Source of the DNA: Squalus acanthias
Lineage: Eukaryota
Direction: 5' to 3'
Length of the DNA: 64,000 nucleotides
Assembly (NCBI GenBank): GCA_030390025.1
Contig: CM059438.1
Span: forward strand, 71,178,001-71,242,000
Of the stretch, positions 1-12,110 are shown in pieces; position 1 is the first letter of the stretch, and each line of letters begins with the position of its first letter. A program made the translations under genes and the position numbers. The notes beneath the pieces are model-generated. The model was given only the letters and a program-made list of their open reading frames with translations, made no database searches and had not been told where the DNA came from.

Positions 1-1405
1 AATTAAGGAACAATAGAGGAGCTATTACGTGACTGGGTGTATAATATAGGCCATCTAATAGTGGGAAGGAGATAGAGGAGCTAATTTGCAAGCAAATTAC
101 AGAACGATACAAGAACCATAGAGTTGTGATAATGGGGCACTTCAATTATTCTAATATATACTGGCATAGTAACAGTGTAAAGGGTAAAGAGGACGAGGAA
201 TTCCTGAAATGTGTACAAGAGAACTTTCTTTATCAGTATGTTTCTAGCCCAATGCGGAAGGAAGCAGTGCTGGATCTGGTTCTGGGGAATGAAGTGGGCC
301 AAGTAGAGCATGTTTCAGTTGGGGAGCATTTGGAGAAAAGTGATCATTATATTAATATGTTTAGAATAGTTATGGAAAAGGACAAGCTTTAAAATACTTA
401 ACTGGAGGAGGGCTAATTTCAAGTGAGTTGGAAAGGGATCTGGCCCAGGTGGATTGGAATCAAAAATTGGTGGGCAAAACAGTAATTGAACAATGGGAGG
501 CTTTCAAAGAGGAGATGGTTTCGATACACGGTAGACACATTCCCACAAGGGGGAAAGGAGGGACTTCCAAAGCTAGAGGCCCCTGGATGACTAAAGATAT
601 AGAGATTAAAATGAAACAGAAAAAGGAAGCTTATGAAAAATGTAAGGTTCATAATACAGTAAAGAACCAAGCTGAATACAGAAAGTACAAAGGAGATCTA
701 AAAAAGGGAATAGGAGGGGCAAAGATAGAGTATGAGAATAGATTAGCGGGTAACATAAAAGGGAAGCCAATAATCTTTTATAAACATATAAATAGTAAAA
801 GGGTAGTCAGAGGGTGGGGCCAATTAGGGACCAAAAAGAGATCTTCTTGTGGAGGCAGAGGACATGGTTGAGGTACTAAATGAGTACTTTGCATCTGAAT
901 TCACTAAAGAAGACGATGCTGTCAATGTAGCAGAAAAGGAGGAGGTAGTAGCAATATTGGATAGGATAAAAATAGATAAAGAGCAGGTACTTAAAAGGTT
1001 AGCAGTGCTCAAGGTAGCAAAGTCACTCCTTAAAGCAGAGAACATTAAGAGAATATTTACTAGAGGTGTTCAAAATCATGAACAGTTTTGATAGAGTAAA
1101 TAAGAAGAAACCGTTTCTAGTGGCAGAAGGCAGAGGGCTCAGATTTAAGGTGATTGGCAAAAGAACCAGAGGCAAAATGAGGAACTTTTTTTTACATAGC
1201 GAGTTGTTGTGATCTGGAATGCACTGCCTGAAAGAGTGGTGGAAGCAGATTCAATAGTAACTTTCAAAATCGAATTGGATAAATGCTTGGAAGGGAAAAA
1301 ATTTGCAGGTCTATGAGGAAAGAGCAGGGGAATGGGACTAATTGGATAGCTCTACCAAATAGCCAGCATGGGCTCCTTCTGTGCTGTATCATTCTATGAT
1401 TCAAT
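1..1405 (+). mobile_element. CR1 LINE ORF2 fragment (endonuclease and linker), with the RT deleted, plus 3' end
   Basis: ORFs 126-392 (IMGHFNYSNIYW...LDLVL) and 428-871 are CR1 endonuclease and linker. Near 1030 the sequence jumps to the C-terminal end. Tail ATTCTATGATTC at about 1391-1402. Closely resembles the copy at 36840-41219. Confidence 0.9.
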
Positions 1406-1601
1406 GATAGCTTTTTTCATGACCTCAGGACATCCCAAAGTGCTTTATAATCAATTAAATACTTTTTAAGTGTAGTTACTGTTGTAATTCTGTGTAGCTG
1501 AGGTCTTCTCTGGTCTTTGTGGCTCACTTTCACAGACTAGTACTACTTTTGCCAACTGTGCCATCAGGAGGCTCGTCAAGAACACTTTCTGAGAAAGTGG
1601 A

Positions 1602-1835
1602 ATAAAAACAGAAAATGCTGGAAACACTCAGCAGGTCAGGCAGCATCTGCAGGGAGAGGCAGTTTGGGTTAACGTTTCAGGTCAATGACCGATCGTCGAT
1701 TTCTGACAAAAGGTCATTAACCTGAAACGTTAACCCAAACTTTCTCTTTCTGCTAATGCTGCCTGACCTGCTGAATGCTTCCCGCATTTTCTGTTTTCAT
1801 TTCAGATTTTCAGCATCTGCAGTATTTTGTCTTTA
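1602..1835. mobile_element. Inverted pair of Penelope-like terminal repeat (pLTR) fragments, family 1, with degenerate hammerhead cores
   Basis: 1602-1690 is the reverse complement of about 1710-1800 and matches the 3' end of the PLE at 2790-2925. Flanked by the 12-bp direct repeat TGAGAAAGTGGA (1590-1601, 1836-1847). Confidence 0.85.
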
Positions 1836-2249
1836 TGAGAAAGTGGATCAGATTATTGCCAATTTGAAATCCTTGGAACACCTCTTACAGTTTGCGAATC
1901 ATATATTTAGTTCTAATTACTCGTGTAAATGTTTCCATGTGGCTGTGCTTTTAATAAGACTTGGAAGCTGACAATACAGGATTTCCCAAAGGTGGAATTT
2001 TGAAGTATTCACCATTATATCTGTCTGCTGTATAAACCTGACATAACAGACTTCCTTTTAAGATCAGAAGAAGTCGGCCAATGTCTCACATTTTATTTTC
2101 CTTTAAGATGACATGAGCCAGGGTGGCAATAAAGGGACGAGAAATAGGCTTTTGGGCACTCGGGCAAAAATTCCCCGTGTTTCACAATGCTGATTGCTAT
2201 CAAGCGATTACTGCTGAAAAGTATAAGTGTGTGTGGGGAGTATAAGTAT

Positions 2250-2925
2250 AAGTACATTGGGGAGACCAAACGCAGATTGGGTGACCGCTTTGCGGAACAC
2301 CTCCGTTCAGTCCGTAAGGGTGACCCCGAGCTTCCGGTCGCCTGTCACTTTAATTCTCCGCTCCACTCCCACTCTGACCTCTCCGTCCTCGTAATCTTAC
2401 ACTGTTCCAATGAAGCTCAATGTAAGGTCGAGGAACAGCACCTCATCTTTTGATTAGGCACTTTACAGCCTTCTGGACTCAACATCGAGTTCAACAATTT
2501 CACACCATAACCTCTGCACCTATCTTTTTTTTCCATTTTTTTTTTCTCTCTCTCACATGGCAGCTGTCGATCATTCTGCCAGTGCTATTTACACTTCATC
2601 TAGAGCCACCTTTTGTTTCTTAACTTGTCCCATTACCATCTCCTTTCGCCTTGCACCATCATCCCTTTTGTCTCTTAATCCCTCCTGCCTTCCACCCTAT
2701 CACAGACCTTCCCTTTTGTTCTTTCCTCCCCTCCCCCCTTTCCCTGCCCCTACACTTGCTTAAAAACCTGTTCCATCTCCAACTTTTTCCAGTTCTGTCG
2801 AAGGGTCATCGACCTGAAACGTTAACTCTGTTTCTCTCTCCACAGATGCTGCCTGGCCTGCTGAGTATTTCCAGCATTTTCTGTTTTTATTTCAGATTTC
2901 CAGCATCCGCAGTATTTTTGCTTTT
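2250..2925 (+). mobile_element. 5'-truncated Penelope-like element (GIY-YIG endonuclease end plus pLTR)
   Basis: YIGETKRRLGDRFAEHLRSV...PVACHFN...EEQHLIF. Flanking duplication GTATAAGTGTG(T/A)GTGGG at 2221 and 2926. Confidence 0.9.
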
Positions 2926-3887
2926 GTATAAGTGTGAGTGGGTGCCAGGTGGGGGCAAACGAGGCGTGCCTGCAATGCCCCAGTGGTGGAATAGTCTGCC
3001 GGCATTCACCATCGAGTCTCATTCGTGAACAATGGCCACTTCGGTGAGACAACACAAAGTGGCCAGTGGCCTTATAACCACATCCAAAATGGGTCACTGC
3101 CTTCAACAGAGGAGGAGGCAACATGAGGGGAAACCAGAATTCTCTGGGAGTCATTTTAACCTATGGGGCAGTGATGGGATTGGGTCAGCTGCCCGTTTTA
3201 CATCCTGCCAGCTTCCCGCCAGATGGGTTAGGTTCAAATCACCACCTTTGACTTTATTTATGGTATGAATTTTCTTGTGAAGCTCAAGGACATCACTCTC
3301 AGTTTCTACCTTTTGTTGCAGGGGCACGTTTACGTTGCAACTTTAGCATCACTGCAAAGCGTTTCCCACTTTGCAGAGACGCGAAAGTCGCAGTATCAAT
3401 CTGGTGTCGGAGCCCGACGTGACTGGAGAGAAATACTGTGAGACTTGCTGGAAGAGGCAGTTATGCAAGCATTTAGGTTTGACACCATGTGGAGTATAAC
3501 TCCAGTGCAGTGTTGAACTGGGTACAAGGAGCGCTTAAGGGGTTCCTTGCACCACTCAACACTTCAAGTTCAGTTAAATGTTTAGGTGACGACAACACTG
3601 CTGCCTGTCCTCTCGAAACATTTAAGTTTTAAATGAGAGAGGAGCTCTGCTGGTAGATGTAGCCACAATGCACCAAGCTCTTACCTGATAGGACATGCAG
3701 TGCAATCAAGGTACTGCACTCTCGAGCTGCAATGGTAGCGCAATATAGACACAGCTCAAAAGTCTGGGAAACTTTCAAGAATCTTCAAAGTTACCCACAG
3801 AGTAAGCTTCTGATCTCCCCAGTCCCAGGAGCGAGGGGTACAAGTTGAAAGTGGGCATTTCTCAATGGGAAAGGGAAATCCCAGGTT

Positions 3888-4272
3888 ATAAGAAAAGTTA
3901 GCGATGAGAAAAGACCTTTCAGCCCATCAGAATTCATCTGCTAGTATCCTCCCATCACACCACTGAGATGCATTTTGAATAGCCCAAAATGTTTCCCCGC
4001 CCCCCACCCACCCCGCACCCACCCACCACTACTCTGCCTGGCAGGTTATTCCAAATATTTTGCACTTTTTGAGTAAAGTTGTTCTTTAATTTTTTTTAAT
4101 GTACTTTTCACTCATTTCTATTCATGTCCTTTGATGCTATTTTACTGGCTTACTTTGAAGTAATATTCAATTTACCGTTATCTATCTATCTCTGCTATTT
4201 AATATTTTTGATGATATACCCCTCCCTTAACTGCCTTCTTGCCAGACGAAAAAGCCCGAGTTTCTCTAACCT
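3888..4272 (-). mobile_element. Old degenerate CR1 3' fragment
   Basis: Resembles the reverse complement of CR1 3' ends seen elsewhere in the window. Appears to resume near 4742 after the SINE. Confidence 0.45.
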
Positions 4273-4274
4273 TA

Positions 4275-4741
4275 AAAGAAAGAAAGACTTGCATTTATAT
4301 AGCGCCTTTCACGACCACCTCAAAGCGCTTTACAGCCAATGAAGTACATTTTGGAGTGTAGTCACTGTTGTAATGTGGGAAACGCGGCAGCCAATTTGCG
4401 CACAGCAAGCTCCCACAAACAGCAATGTGATAATGACAAGATAATCCGTTTTTGTTATGTTGATTGAGGGATTAAATATTGGCCAGGACACTGGGATAAC
4501 TCCCCTGCTCTTCTTCAAAATAGTGCCATGGGATCTTTTACATCCACCTGAGAGAGTAGACGGGGCCTCGGTTTATAACATCTCATCCGAAAGATGGCAC
4601 CTCCGGCAGTGCAGCACTCCCTCTTGCGCTGCACTGGAGTGTCAGCCCAGATTTTTGTGCTCAAGCCCCTGGGGCAGGACTTGAACCCACAACCTTCTGA
4701 CTCAGAGGCAAGTGTGCTACCCACTGAGCCACAGCTGACAC
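4275..4741 (-). mobile_element. tRNA-derived Deu-domain SINE (SacSINE1/AmnSINE1-related), full length
   Basis: Minus strand shows A box TGGCTCAGTGGG and B box GGTTCAAGTCC, a central AAAGATCCCATGGCACTATTT...GTGTCCTGGCCAATATT core, and the tail GGCGCTATATAAATGCAAGTCTTTC. Several homologous copies in the window. Confidence 0.85.
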
Positions 4742-5746
4742 ATCTTTCCTCATAGTTCATCCCCTTTTCAGTTAGGATCAGTCTGAGCGGCTCTCCAGCA
4801 TCTCCTGGCAGGCAGCTACAGCGGGGCTCTAAGGGAAGACACCTCATGGGATCTGATGACCCGTTTTATGCTTTGGGCATGGGGACTCCTAAAAGTAATG
4901 AAAAGTGAGAAAATAAGTAACTTCTCCTCTTAAGAATAAGTCCCAGAAAATTATATTAATCAAAAGGCAAGTACATTATTCAATTGTATCTGGTCATCAA
5001 GGTACAGTAAGGATATTATATACCATAGCCAAAGAATATTACAGCCACAATACATAACTATTATCTAACAGGTACAGTATGTTCTATTAATTGCACCATG
5101 TTGCGTTTATAGTTTCCACTGCAAATAAAACTTGTTCAGCTTTTTACTAACTGTTTTTGGCAAATTACTAAGGGTGACCTCATGCAGTACAGGTAAAAAA
5201 TGCTTTCTTTGGCGTCAGACCCGTGCTAGATTGTATGTGAGCTCGAGGCACAGTAAAAGTCCGTATCAATGGACTTCAGAAATGTTTGTCAAACATTGCA
5301 GATTAATGCGAAAACTGAGCCGGGCCGACCGTTACAAATAAAAACCTGTTCCACCAAAAGCTCTGGAGGCTGTGAAGCCGTACCGCCCCGTAACTTTACA
5401 CAGTGTAAAATGTTTCCAACAACTTCACAGTCTACATAAACGCACCAGTGACAATAACTGTAGCGCTATTTCTGGAAGTTTAAACAGAAAGTGTTTGCAC
5501 CTAGAAGGCACCGTTCACAAGGAGATGGAACTTCCTCACAAAGTCAAGGATTTCACGACAAAATTAAAAAAAATTCTTCCTTCCACACAGAGACACACCA
5601 TCACTGCCAGCTGATTCCAAAACAACTTGTACTGGGCATATTTTGCTATTTTCAAAGGACATGCTACAAAACACATGGGAGGCTTTTTACAGCAGAAACA
5701 ATATGATGCTGAACAGCTGAACTATTGTTGTTTCTGAGAAAATAAC

Positions 5747-6561
5747 GGGGGGAATTTTAATATGGATGAGCGTGTGGGATTGGGTGCACGTGGGAGGTTA
5801 AATTGGGAAAAATTCTGAACGGGTCAGGAAGCCGGCTCCAACCCCCTGACTTCTGGGTTTAACGGAGGCGGGACAAGGGGTGGGCAGCCAACCCGTTCCC
5901 AGGAGGCAGGTTGCCATTTTATATATGTTAATGAGACTGGCAGCCTCTGATTTCACCTGCTTTGCAAGCTTTACAGTCGGCGGCTGGGTTTCCCAGGCCT
6001 CGGGAAACCCGGCAGCTGAAGTGAGGTGAAGACAGCTTCGGAGAGAAGGTAAGTGCCTTCACAGCACTGCTTGTGGGCTAGGAGGAGCAGGCGTGCTTCC
6101 CCCTGGCCCCCAAGCTCCCCCACATCAGACCCCCCACCCATACAAAGGCCCCCGGGGTCAGGGATCAGACCCCACCACCGGTCGGGGATCAGACCCAACC
6201 CCCCCACCCCGGGATCGGACAACCGCCCCAGCATTTCCCCACCCCCCCCCCCACCCCTGTGGTCAGTGATCGGAACTGTCTCAGGATCGGACACCACCCC
6301 CGCCCGGGTCAGGGAATAGAACCCCCCGAAGACTGGGATCCACCCCTCTCCCCCTGGGGTCAGGGAGAGTGAACGTACCTACCTGGTCCTGTGGCCTGCT
6401 GTGGAGTCCTCCCCATCCGACTGGAAGCCAAGCATGTCAATCTGGCTGACTTCCAGGCGGGGAACCTGTCAGAGCTAAAAGACGTAAACCCAGGTTTCCG
6501 GTCCGAAACTCCGCCCCCCCCCACCCCGCCTACATAACCCACCCCTGTTAACGTCCAGGCC
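5747..6561. mobile_element. GC-rich non-autonomous DNA transposon (MITE-like) with internal GGGATC(A/G)GAC-C-rich repeats
   Basis: Abrupt GC-rich block with degenerate inverted ends (GGGGGGAATTTTAA / revcomp GGCCTGGACGTTAA). Short tandem units at about 6120-6360. Shares style and motifs with 41733-42607. Confidence 0.55.
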
Positions 6562-6865
6562 AATGTCTTTTACTCACCTCTTAAGAAGTAGCGGGGGTGG
6601 GGGGCGGGAGGCGGGGAGGGTGTGGGGAAACATTGCACCAAAAGTGTTTATGGTTGTCCTTTAAGCTTCAATTAAATTTTAAAAAGTCAAAATTCCTCTT
6701 TATTTGTTTGATGTTTACCAATTATGTCACAGTACTACCAATTTCCGTATTCAAGATTCAATCACATGACATATAATGGGTATTTTTCCTCCCCTCCCCA
6801 ATTTTCTCACCATCCTGATTTGAAGGGGCTGACCGCAATACTAAAAATGGCGACTACCCACCAAT

Positions 6866-7317
6866 AAGAAAGAAAGACTTGCATTTATATAGCGCCTTTC
6901 ACGACCACCAGACGTCCCAAAGCATTTTACAGCCAATGAAGTACTTTTGAAGTGTAGTCACTGTTTAAATGTAGGAAAGGCAGCAAGCTCCCACAATCAG
7001 CAATGTGGTAATGACCAAATAATCTGTTTTAATGTTGATTGAGGGATAAATATTGGCTAGAACAGCAGGGATAACGCCCCTACTTTTCTTCAAAATAGTG
7101 CCATGGGATCTTTTACGTCCACCTGAGAGAGCAGACGGGGCCTCGCTTTAACATCTCATCTGACAGACGGCATCTCCGACAGTGCAGCGGAGGCTCCCTC
7201 AGTACTGCACTGGAGTGTCAGCCTAAACATTTGTGCTCAAGTCTCTGGAGTGGGACTTGAACCCACAACCTTCTGACTCAGAGGCAGAGGTGCTACCAAC
7301 TGAGCCATGACTGACAC
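6866..7317 (-). mobile_element. Deu-domain tRNA SINE, full length
   Basis: High similarity to 4275-4741 along its whole length. Confidence 0.88.
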
Positions 7318-7318
7318 G

Positions 7319-7560
7319 GCCTAAGACACTGCAATACTTCATGTATGAGCAAGGCAGTGAGCTTGGTTGGCTATTTGGTTGTGGGGGAAGGCACAGAGTT
7401 GCCCAATGTTGTCCTAATCTGATGTCCACACATATGTACTTTCTGGCAGAAATCACTGATCAGGAGCAGGGACGTTGGCTGTTTTTCCCTCCCTCAGCCC
7501 CAGCCAAAGGGCTTGATGCTCATTTTAGTACCCCTACCAGCCAAATAATGGGCATTGACA
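7319..7560 (-). mobile_element. Ancient SINE-like repeat fragment (AmnSINE2-like by recall)
   Basis: Shares TCCACACA...TTTC..GCA...ATCACTG...ATCAGGAGC motifs with 29900-30090, 46881-47130, 58975-59267 and 61270-61380. Confidence 0.4.
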
Positions 7561-8629
7561 CCTGAATCTAAAAGTAAAGTCTGCCTGTAGTCTATAGTAA
7601 ACATTAATGTGCTAATGTGCAATGAAGCATCTGAGTCTGATATCACATGTCCAAAAATAAAAGCACGTAGTAACACACACATAAGTGTCACCTCCTGTGC
7701 TTAATAAATATGTCATGGCTATAAATAACCTGTTTTCTCCAGTCGTGATATCATTGTAACTCACTTGACCTAGATAATATGAATATTTGAATTCATAATA
7801 GGCATAGTGGCAATCTCTCAAACAAATTACTTCAGAAGCTTACAAATGAGTGTATGCTTATTCACGCATGTGGTTCAGTGCCAACACACTGTAGTCATAC
7901 TGGCTGATACTTGTCGAAGATTTCTTCATACCATTCACAAATGTTAAAGGTACAGGACTGCCACTGATCTTTTTGTCCATTAGTACCGCACAGATCTTTT
8001 CATAAGTCAGTTGTCCACGAGCGTGCTTCTATAATGCACCCCGACACAAGCTCCCATGGAGAAGAGGGCAGGAAAAATGCCTGAGGAAGTATGAGCATGT
8101 GTGCGTGCAAGCACACTCGCACATTGTTTTCAAAGGATGAAGAAAGCACCCGAGGGAGCCACCTCATCGGCTAATACACCTGAGAGATAAGAGTTCCTGC
8201 TCCAAATATGCAGAGGAGCGAGAAGAGGAAAAAGATACAAAGCCTGGAGATTATGCTCTTTGATATTATCGTATCAAATTCCTCTGCCTGCCACTTACAC
8301 GGAGGTATTGTCCCATTTAAAATAAACAGGTCAACACCTCCGTAAAATAGCGGATATAGGAAATCGATAGGTAGAGTGTTGTATAATGATGTTGTACAGT
8401 GTAATTTCCAGAGTCAAGCTTAAATCACTAACTTGTGCGAAACATGCAGCAGGATTTAACAAAACATTACAGACTGAGATTCATTTTTAGTAACTCAAGC
8501 ACATTACAGAAGGACACCAGGTACATGACCTACCCTCAGTCTTTGAACTGCACAAATTGCTGATTATTGATCCAAGCTATTAGGTTAGCATTTTAATTGT
8601 ATGACTCCACTTATGTATGACCAGTTGAG

Positions 8630-9415
8630 AGGGGGGCAGCAAAGTGGGTTAGAAATTACCCTTCACCTCTAGGAAATGGGTTCAAACCTCCAGGGTATGG
8701 ATTCAAATCTGGTCCAGATAAATGGGAGAGAAGCCTCTTCTCTGCTAGTTGTTCACAGTTCTACGTGAAAATGAGTTTGCATCATTTCGAACCATGTGTT
8801 AGCAGCTTAAAACGAAGCATAACTCTGACATTGCATTTCAGAAGGTTGTGGGTTCACGTCCCACTCTAGGGAGTTGCGCACATAAAGCTAGGCTGACCCT
8901 CCAGTGCAGTGCTGAGGGAGTGCTGCACTGTCGGAGGTACCGTCTTTCGGATGAGACGTTAAACCGAGGCCCCGTCTGCTCTCTCAGGTGGACGTAAAAA
9001 ATCCCATGGCACTATTTCGAAGAAGAGTAGGGGAGTTATCCCCGGTGTCCTGGCCAATATTTCTCCCTCAACCAACATAACAAAAACAGATTATCTGGTG
9101 AATTTCACATTGCTGTTTGTGGGAGCTTGCTGTACGCAAATTGGCTACCACGTTTCCCACATTACAACAGTGACTCCACTTCAAAAGTACTTCATTGGCT
9201 GTAAAGGATGGTGGTCGTGAAAGGCGCTATATAAATGCAAGTCTTTCTTTCTTTTACATTACTTGTCTCATTCAGGGAGACGACAAGGATGGCTGGTGTA
9301 GTGAGCAGAAATGTCGCCCTGTACTGGGGGTGGGGTGGAAATTGGGCTTATTGTATGTTATTTCAGCCTTCATCTGACCCATGCCATACCTGATCTGGGA
9401 GTGCTTGCTGTTAAA
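8630..9415 (+). mobile_element. LF-SINE-like ancient SINE interrupted by a younger Deu-SINE
   Basis: Collinear matches to the LF-SINE consensus as I recall it: CCTTCACCTCTAGG, GGGTTCAAA and CTACGTGAAAATGAGTT before the insert; GTCTCA...CAAGGAT and CCCATGCCATACCTG after it. Confidence 0.5.
8838..9255 (+). mobile_element. Deu-domain tRNA SINE (head slightly truncated)
   Basis: Reverse complement of the 4275-4741 family. Ends AAATGCAAGTCTTTCTTTCTTTT. Confidence 0.88.
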
Positions 9416-9792
9416 AATGCAAAAAATGGAAGAATTCCCAAAGTTGACATGCCTTACCTTGATATAACCCTAAATTCACCCTTTCCTAAAGTAAGGGAGT
9501 CTTACAAAAATATTTTCATAAGAATGCAGAAGCCAAAGCTCAAGGTATTGGCCTCACGAAACAGACTGTGAGCTTTAGAAATGTCCACCTAGATCCCATT
9601 AAATCACAGCAAACACCCTTCAGTATCCTTCATAATGTGTTATAAGTACTCATTGGAATCATACAGGATTTTCTTGAGGATACATTGGTACTCTCACATG
9701 GTCACTTTTCACAACTATTTCAACACTGTTGTCAGACAATTACAACTAATTTTTGTTGTACAATACTAAAGGGTTACAGCCCTGTACATCAT

Positions 9793-10530
9793 GGCCTAGA
9801 GTTTCCGCCAGTTTGCATTGGTTTTATCAACGCAATCCGGCTGGACTCGGCCAAACCAGCGCAAAAGTTCGCAGAATTTTAAATGCAAGTTACGTCGAGC
9901 GTAAATCGCGTTTCCGCTATCTTTATCGCTGGTTTAAAAAACTTTGCGTTGGAAGCTGGCCCCGCCCACAAAACTGGCCACGCCCCAGATCGAAATAACG
10001 AGCTTGCCGAGTTTCCGCCAATTGCGTCCGTTCGAGGAGGCTCTTCAAATTGAACTCTTTTTAGGCGCACAGGGACTAGCAGGCATGTTTAAAAAGTTTT
10101 TACACGTTAAAAACTATTTAATTTACTAAGAAACTGACTCATATGCACCAATAAAACTAGTAAATGGTTCAGTATAATTTTTTAAGCCATTTTCAGTGAT
10201 TTAAAATCAGGTTACTCACAGGTGGTGGGCTAGACACTCTTAAAATTGCTTCTTTGGTGTAATAAACCCATTTTCAGCTGTATTAATAAAACTGCACCAG
10301 GTTACCGCTCTTAAAGGTATCAATTAATATTTTTTAATGCAAAGGAAAACAAATAAACAATTACATTCTGTTACGCTGACCTATTGCACTGGTTCATGGA
10401 AGATTTTACGTGTGTGATTATGCGAATGAGTTTGGGCGGAAACTTGAACATTACTACGGAAAAACAGCGCAATTTCAAACAAAATTTGCGCCCATTTTCC
10501 TGACTGCGCCCAAAGCGGAAACTCTACCCC
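9793..10530. mobile_element. MITE, PIF/Harbinger-like
   Basis: TIR GGCCTAGAGTTTCCGC versus revcomp GGGGTAGAGTTTCCGC (14/16). Flanks CAT / CAG. CpG-rich ends with an AT-rich centre. Confidence 0.75.
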
Positions 10531-11199
10531 CAGTTGTATGATTGCCTGTATTGCAATCATGTCAATGAGGTGAACCTTACTATCCGTAACAACCAGCTAT
10601 TCTATCATTTTTCAATAAGTGTTAAATTGACATGACAAGTGAAATACTAAACATTGGATGGATATTTTCTGGTAACTAACATTGAAGATTTTTGCTCAAT
10701 AAGTTAATGTATTTGATAGTTTATATATCTAACTAGTCTTACACATATTAATGTAAAGATTTGTCAATTCATCTGGGTCTTTTGCTTTTCATTTTCACTG
10801 AATGCTCTTCTTCCAAAGCTGGATTGAAAAATACTGTCCTTTTGATGTGCCTCTTAAAAGGTGTCAAAGTGAACAAAGCTTTAACATTTAAACAGTGCAA
10901 AAAAAGCAGAGTGTGGAGTACTGTGCAGTGGATTCGTAACTAGAATGCTGGAGCACAGTCATCACTTTAACTAACATTAGAATCATGAGGAAGAAAGATG
11001 AATTTTCCACTCTCGGATGTTCATCTTTGTTCAGAAGAGACGCGATCATTTGATGTCATCCTTGGATATGTCGCCCTGACCACAATATCTATCAAGACAG
11101 AGATCTAATGTGTGTATCTATGGGGAGGGAGGGACATTAAGGACAAAATGTACATTCAGTATTGGTTTTAAAGTTTCCCAAGTCATATATGCATTGGAT

Positions 11200-11510
11200 G
11201 AAAGTTATTTTATACTGTCCCAACAATAGGCCAACCTGAGAGGGGTGAGTGTGAAATGCCCATTTTCCACACCGTGCATTCATAGACCCTCTGATTGACA
11301 ATTTGGTGCCATTTAGTATGGAATTATGGTACATTTTGTGTCACAGACAACTGACCATCAAGACCTAGGTTGAAATTTTCCAAACTTATTTTAATTGTGA
11401 TTCTTATAGCCAACACAGAAAGGTGATTTGCATCCTGTCCATTTGAGCTGGGTCTAAACCCAGGTCTTAAATATGCAAGGATATTGTTTTGAACCCATCG
11501 GGACTCTCAT
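11200..11510 (-). mobile_element. Degenerate LF-SINE-like fragment
   Basis: Minus strand shows a tRNA-like head (GACCTGGGTTTAGACCCAGC) followed by ATGGCACCAAATTG, in the same motif order as 8630-9415. Confidence 0.35.
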
Positions 11511-11905
11511 TCCCCCGTACTCTGTTTCCATTGTAAAACTAGGTGCAGTCAAAACTCTAAAAGGAAAAGCAATAATGTGTCTTTAAATCAAGTTGTTGCT
11601 AAACTGCAGTGTTGAATATTGGAAACAAAGACAAGGTACTGCCATGGTCGAAAACGTTTTGATGGGTTCAGTTCCTGCAACAGCCAAAAAAGAACCTGCT
11701 TTCGAAACACCGTACTGCCGTCATACTGAGCATTAAGGAAAGTTTACTCTCCAGCAAGTGCTGCAATTGCTTGCAGAGCAAACTTCTGCAATGTGGATTT
11801 GGATTTTTATCCTGTCCTTTATTAAAACAAAAGATAAAAACTAATTTGTAACATTAGACATGATTGATGATGCAATGATATCATTCCCTCCTCTGCGTAT
11901 TAAGA

Positions 11906-12110
11906 TTACATAGAATTTTACAGCACAGAAACAGGCCATTCAGTCCAACAGGTCTATGCCGGTGTTTATGCTGCACACGAGCCTCCTCCCACCTTACTTC
12001 AGCTCACTCCATCATCACATCCTTCTATTCCTTTCTCCCTCATGTAATTATCTAGCTTCCCTTAAATGCCTTATCTATGCGAATCGACTCAACCACTCCA
12101 TGTGGAAGCG
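11906..12110 (-). mobile_element. CR1 3' end fragment
   Basis: Reverse complement of a CR1 tail (GAATGGCCTGTTTCTGTGCTGTAAAATTCTATG). Confidence 0.75.

Noticed and set aside
2791..2828. Other family 1 hammerhead copies (1703, 2795, 32541, 32801, 40849, 44040, 51040)
   Set aside because: Each has a substitution, truncation or deletion in CUGANGA, GAAA or stem III, so they are predicted inactive.
4670..4741. tRNA gene
   Set aside because: The A and B boxes belong to a SINE head that continues into the Deu core; no clean cloverleaf.
6120..6360. Spaced short repeats resembling a CRISPR array (also 33050-33180)
   Set aside because: Units are degenerate, spacers are low-complexity, the context is vertebrate, and there are no cas genes.
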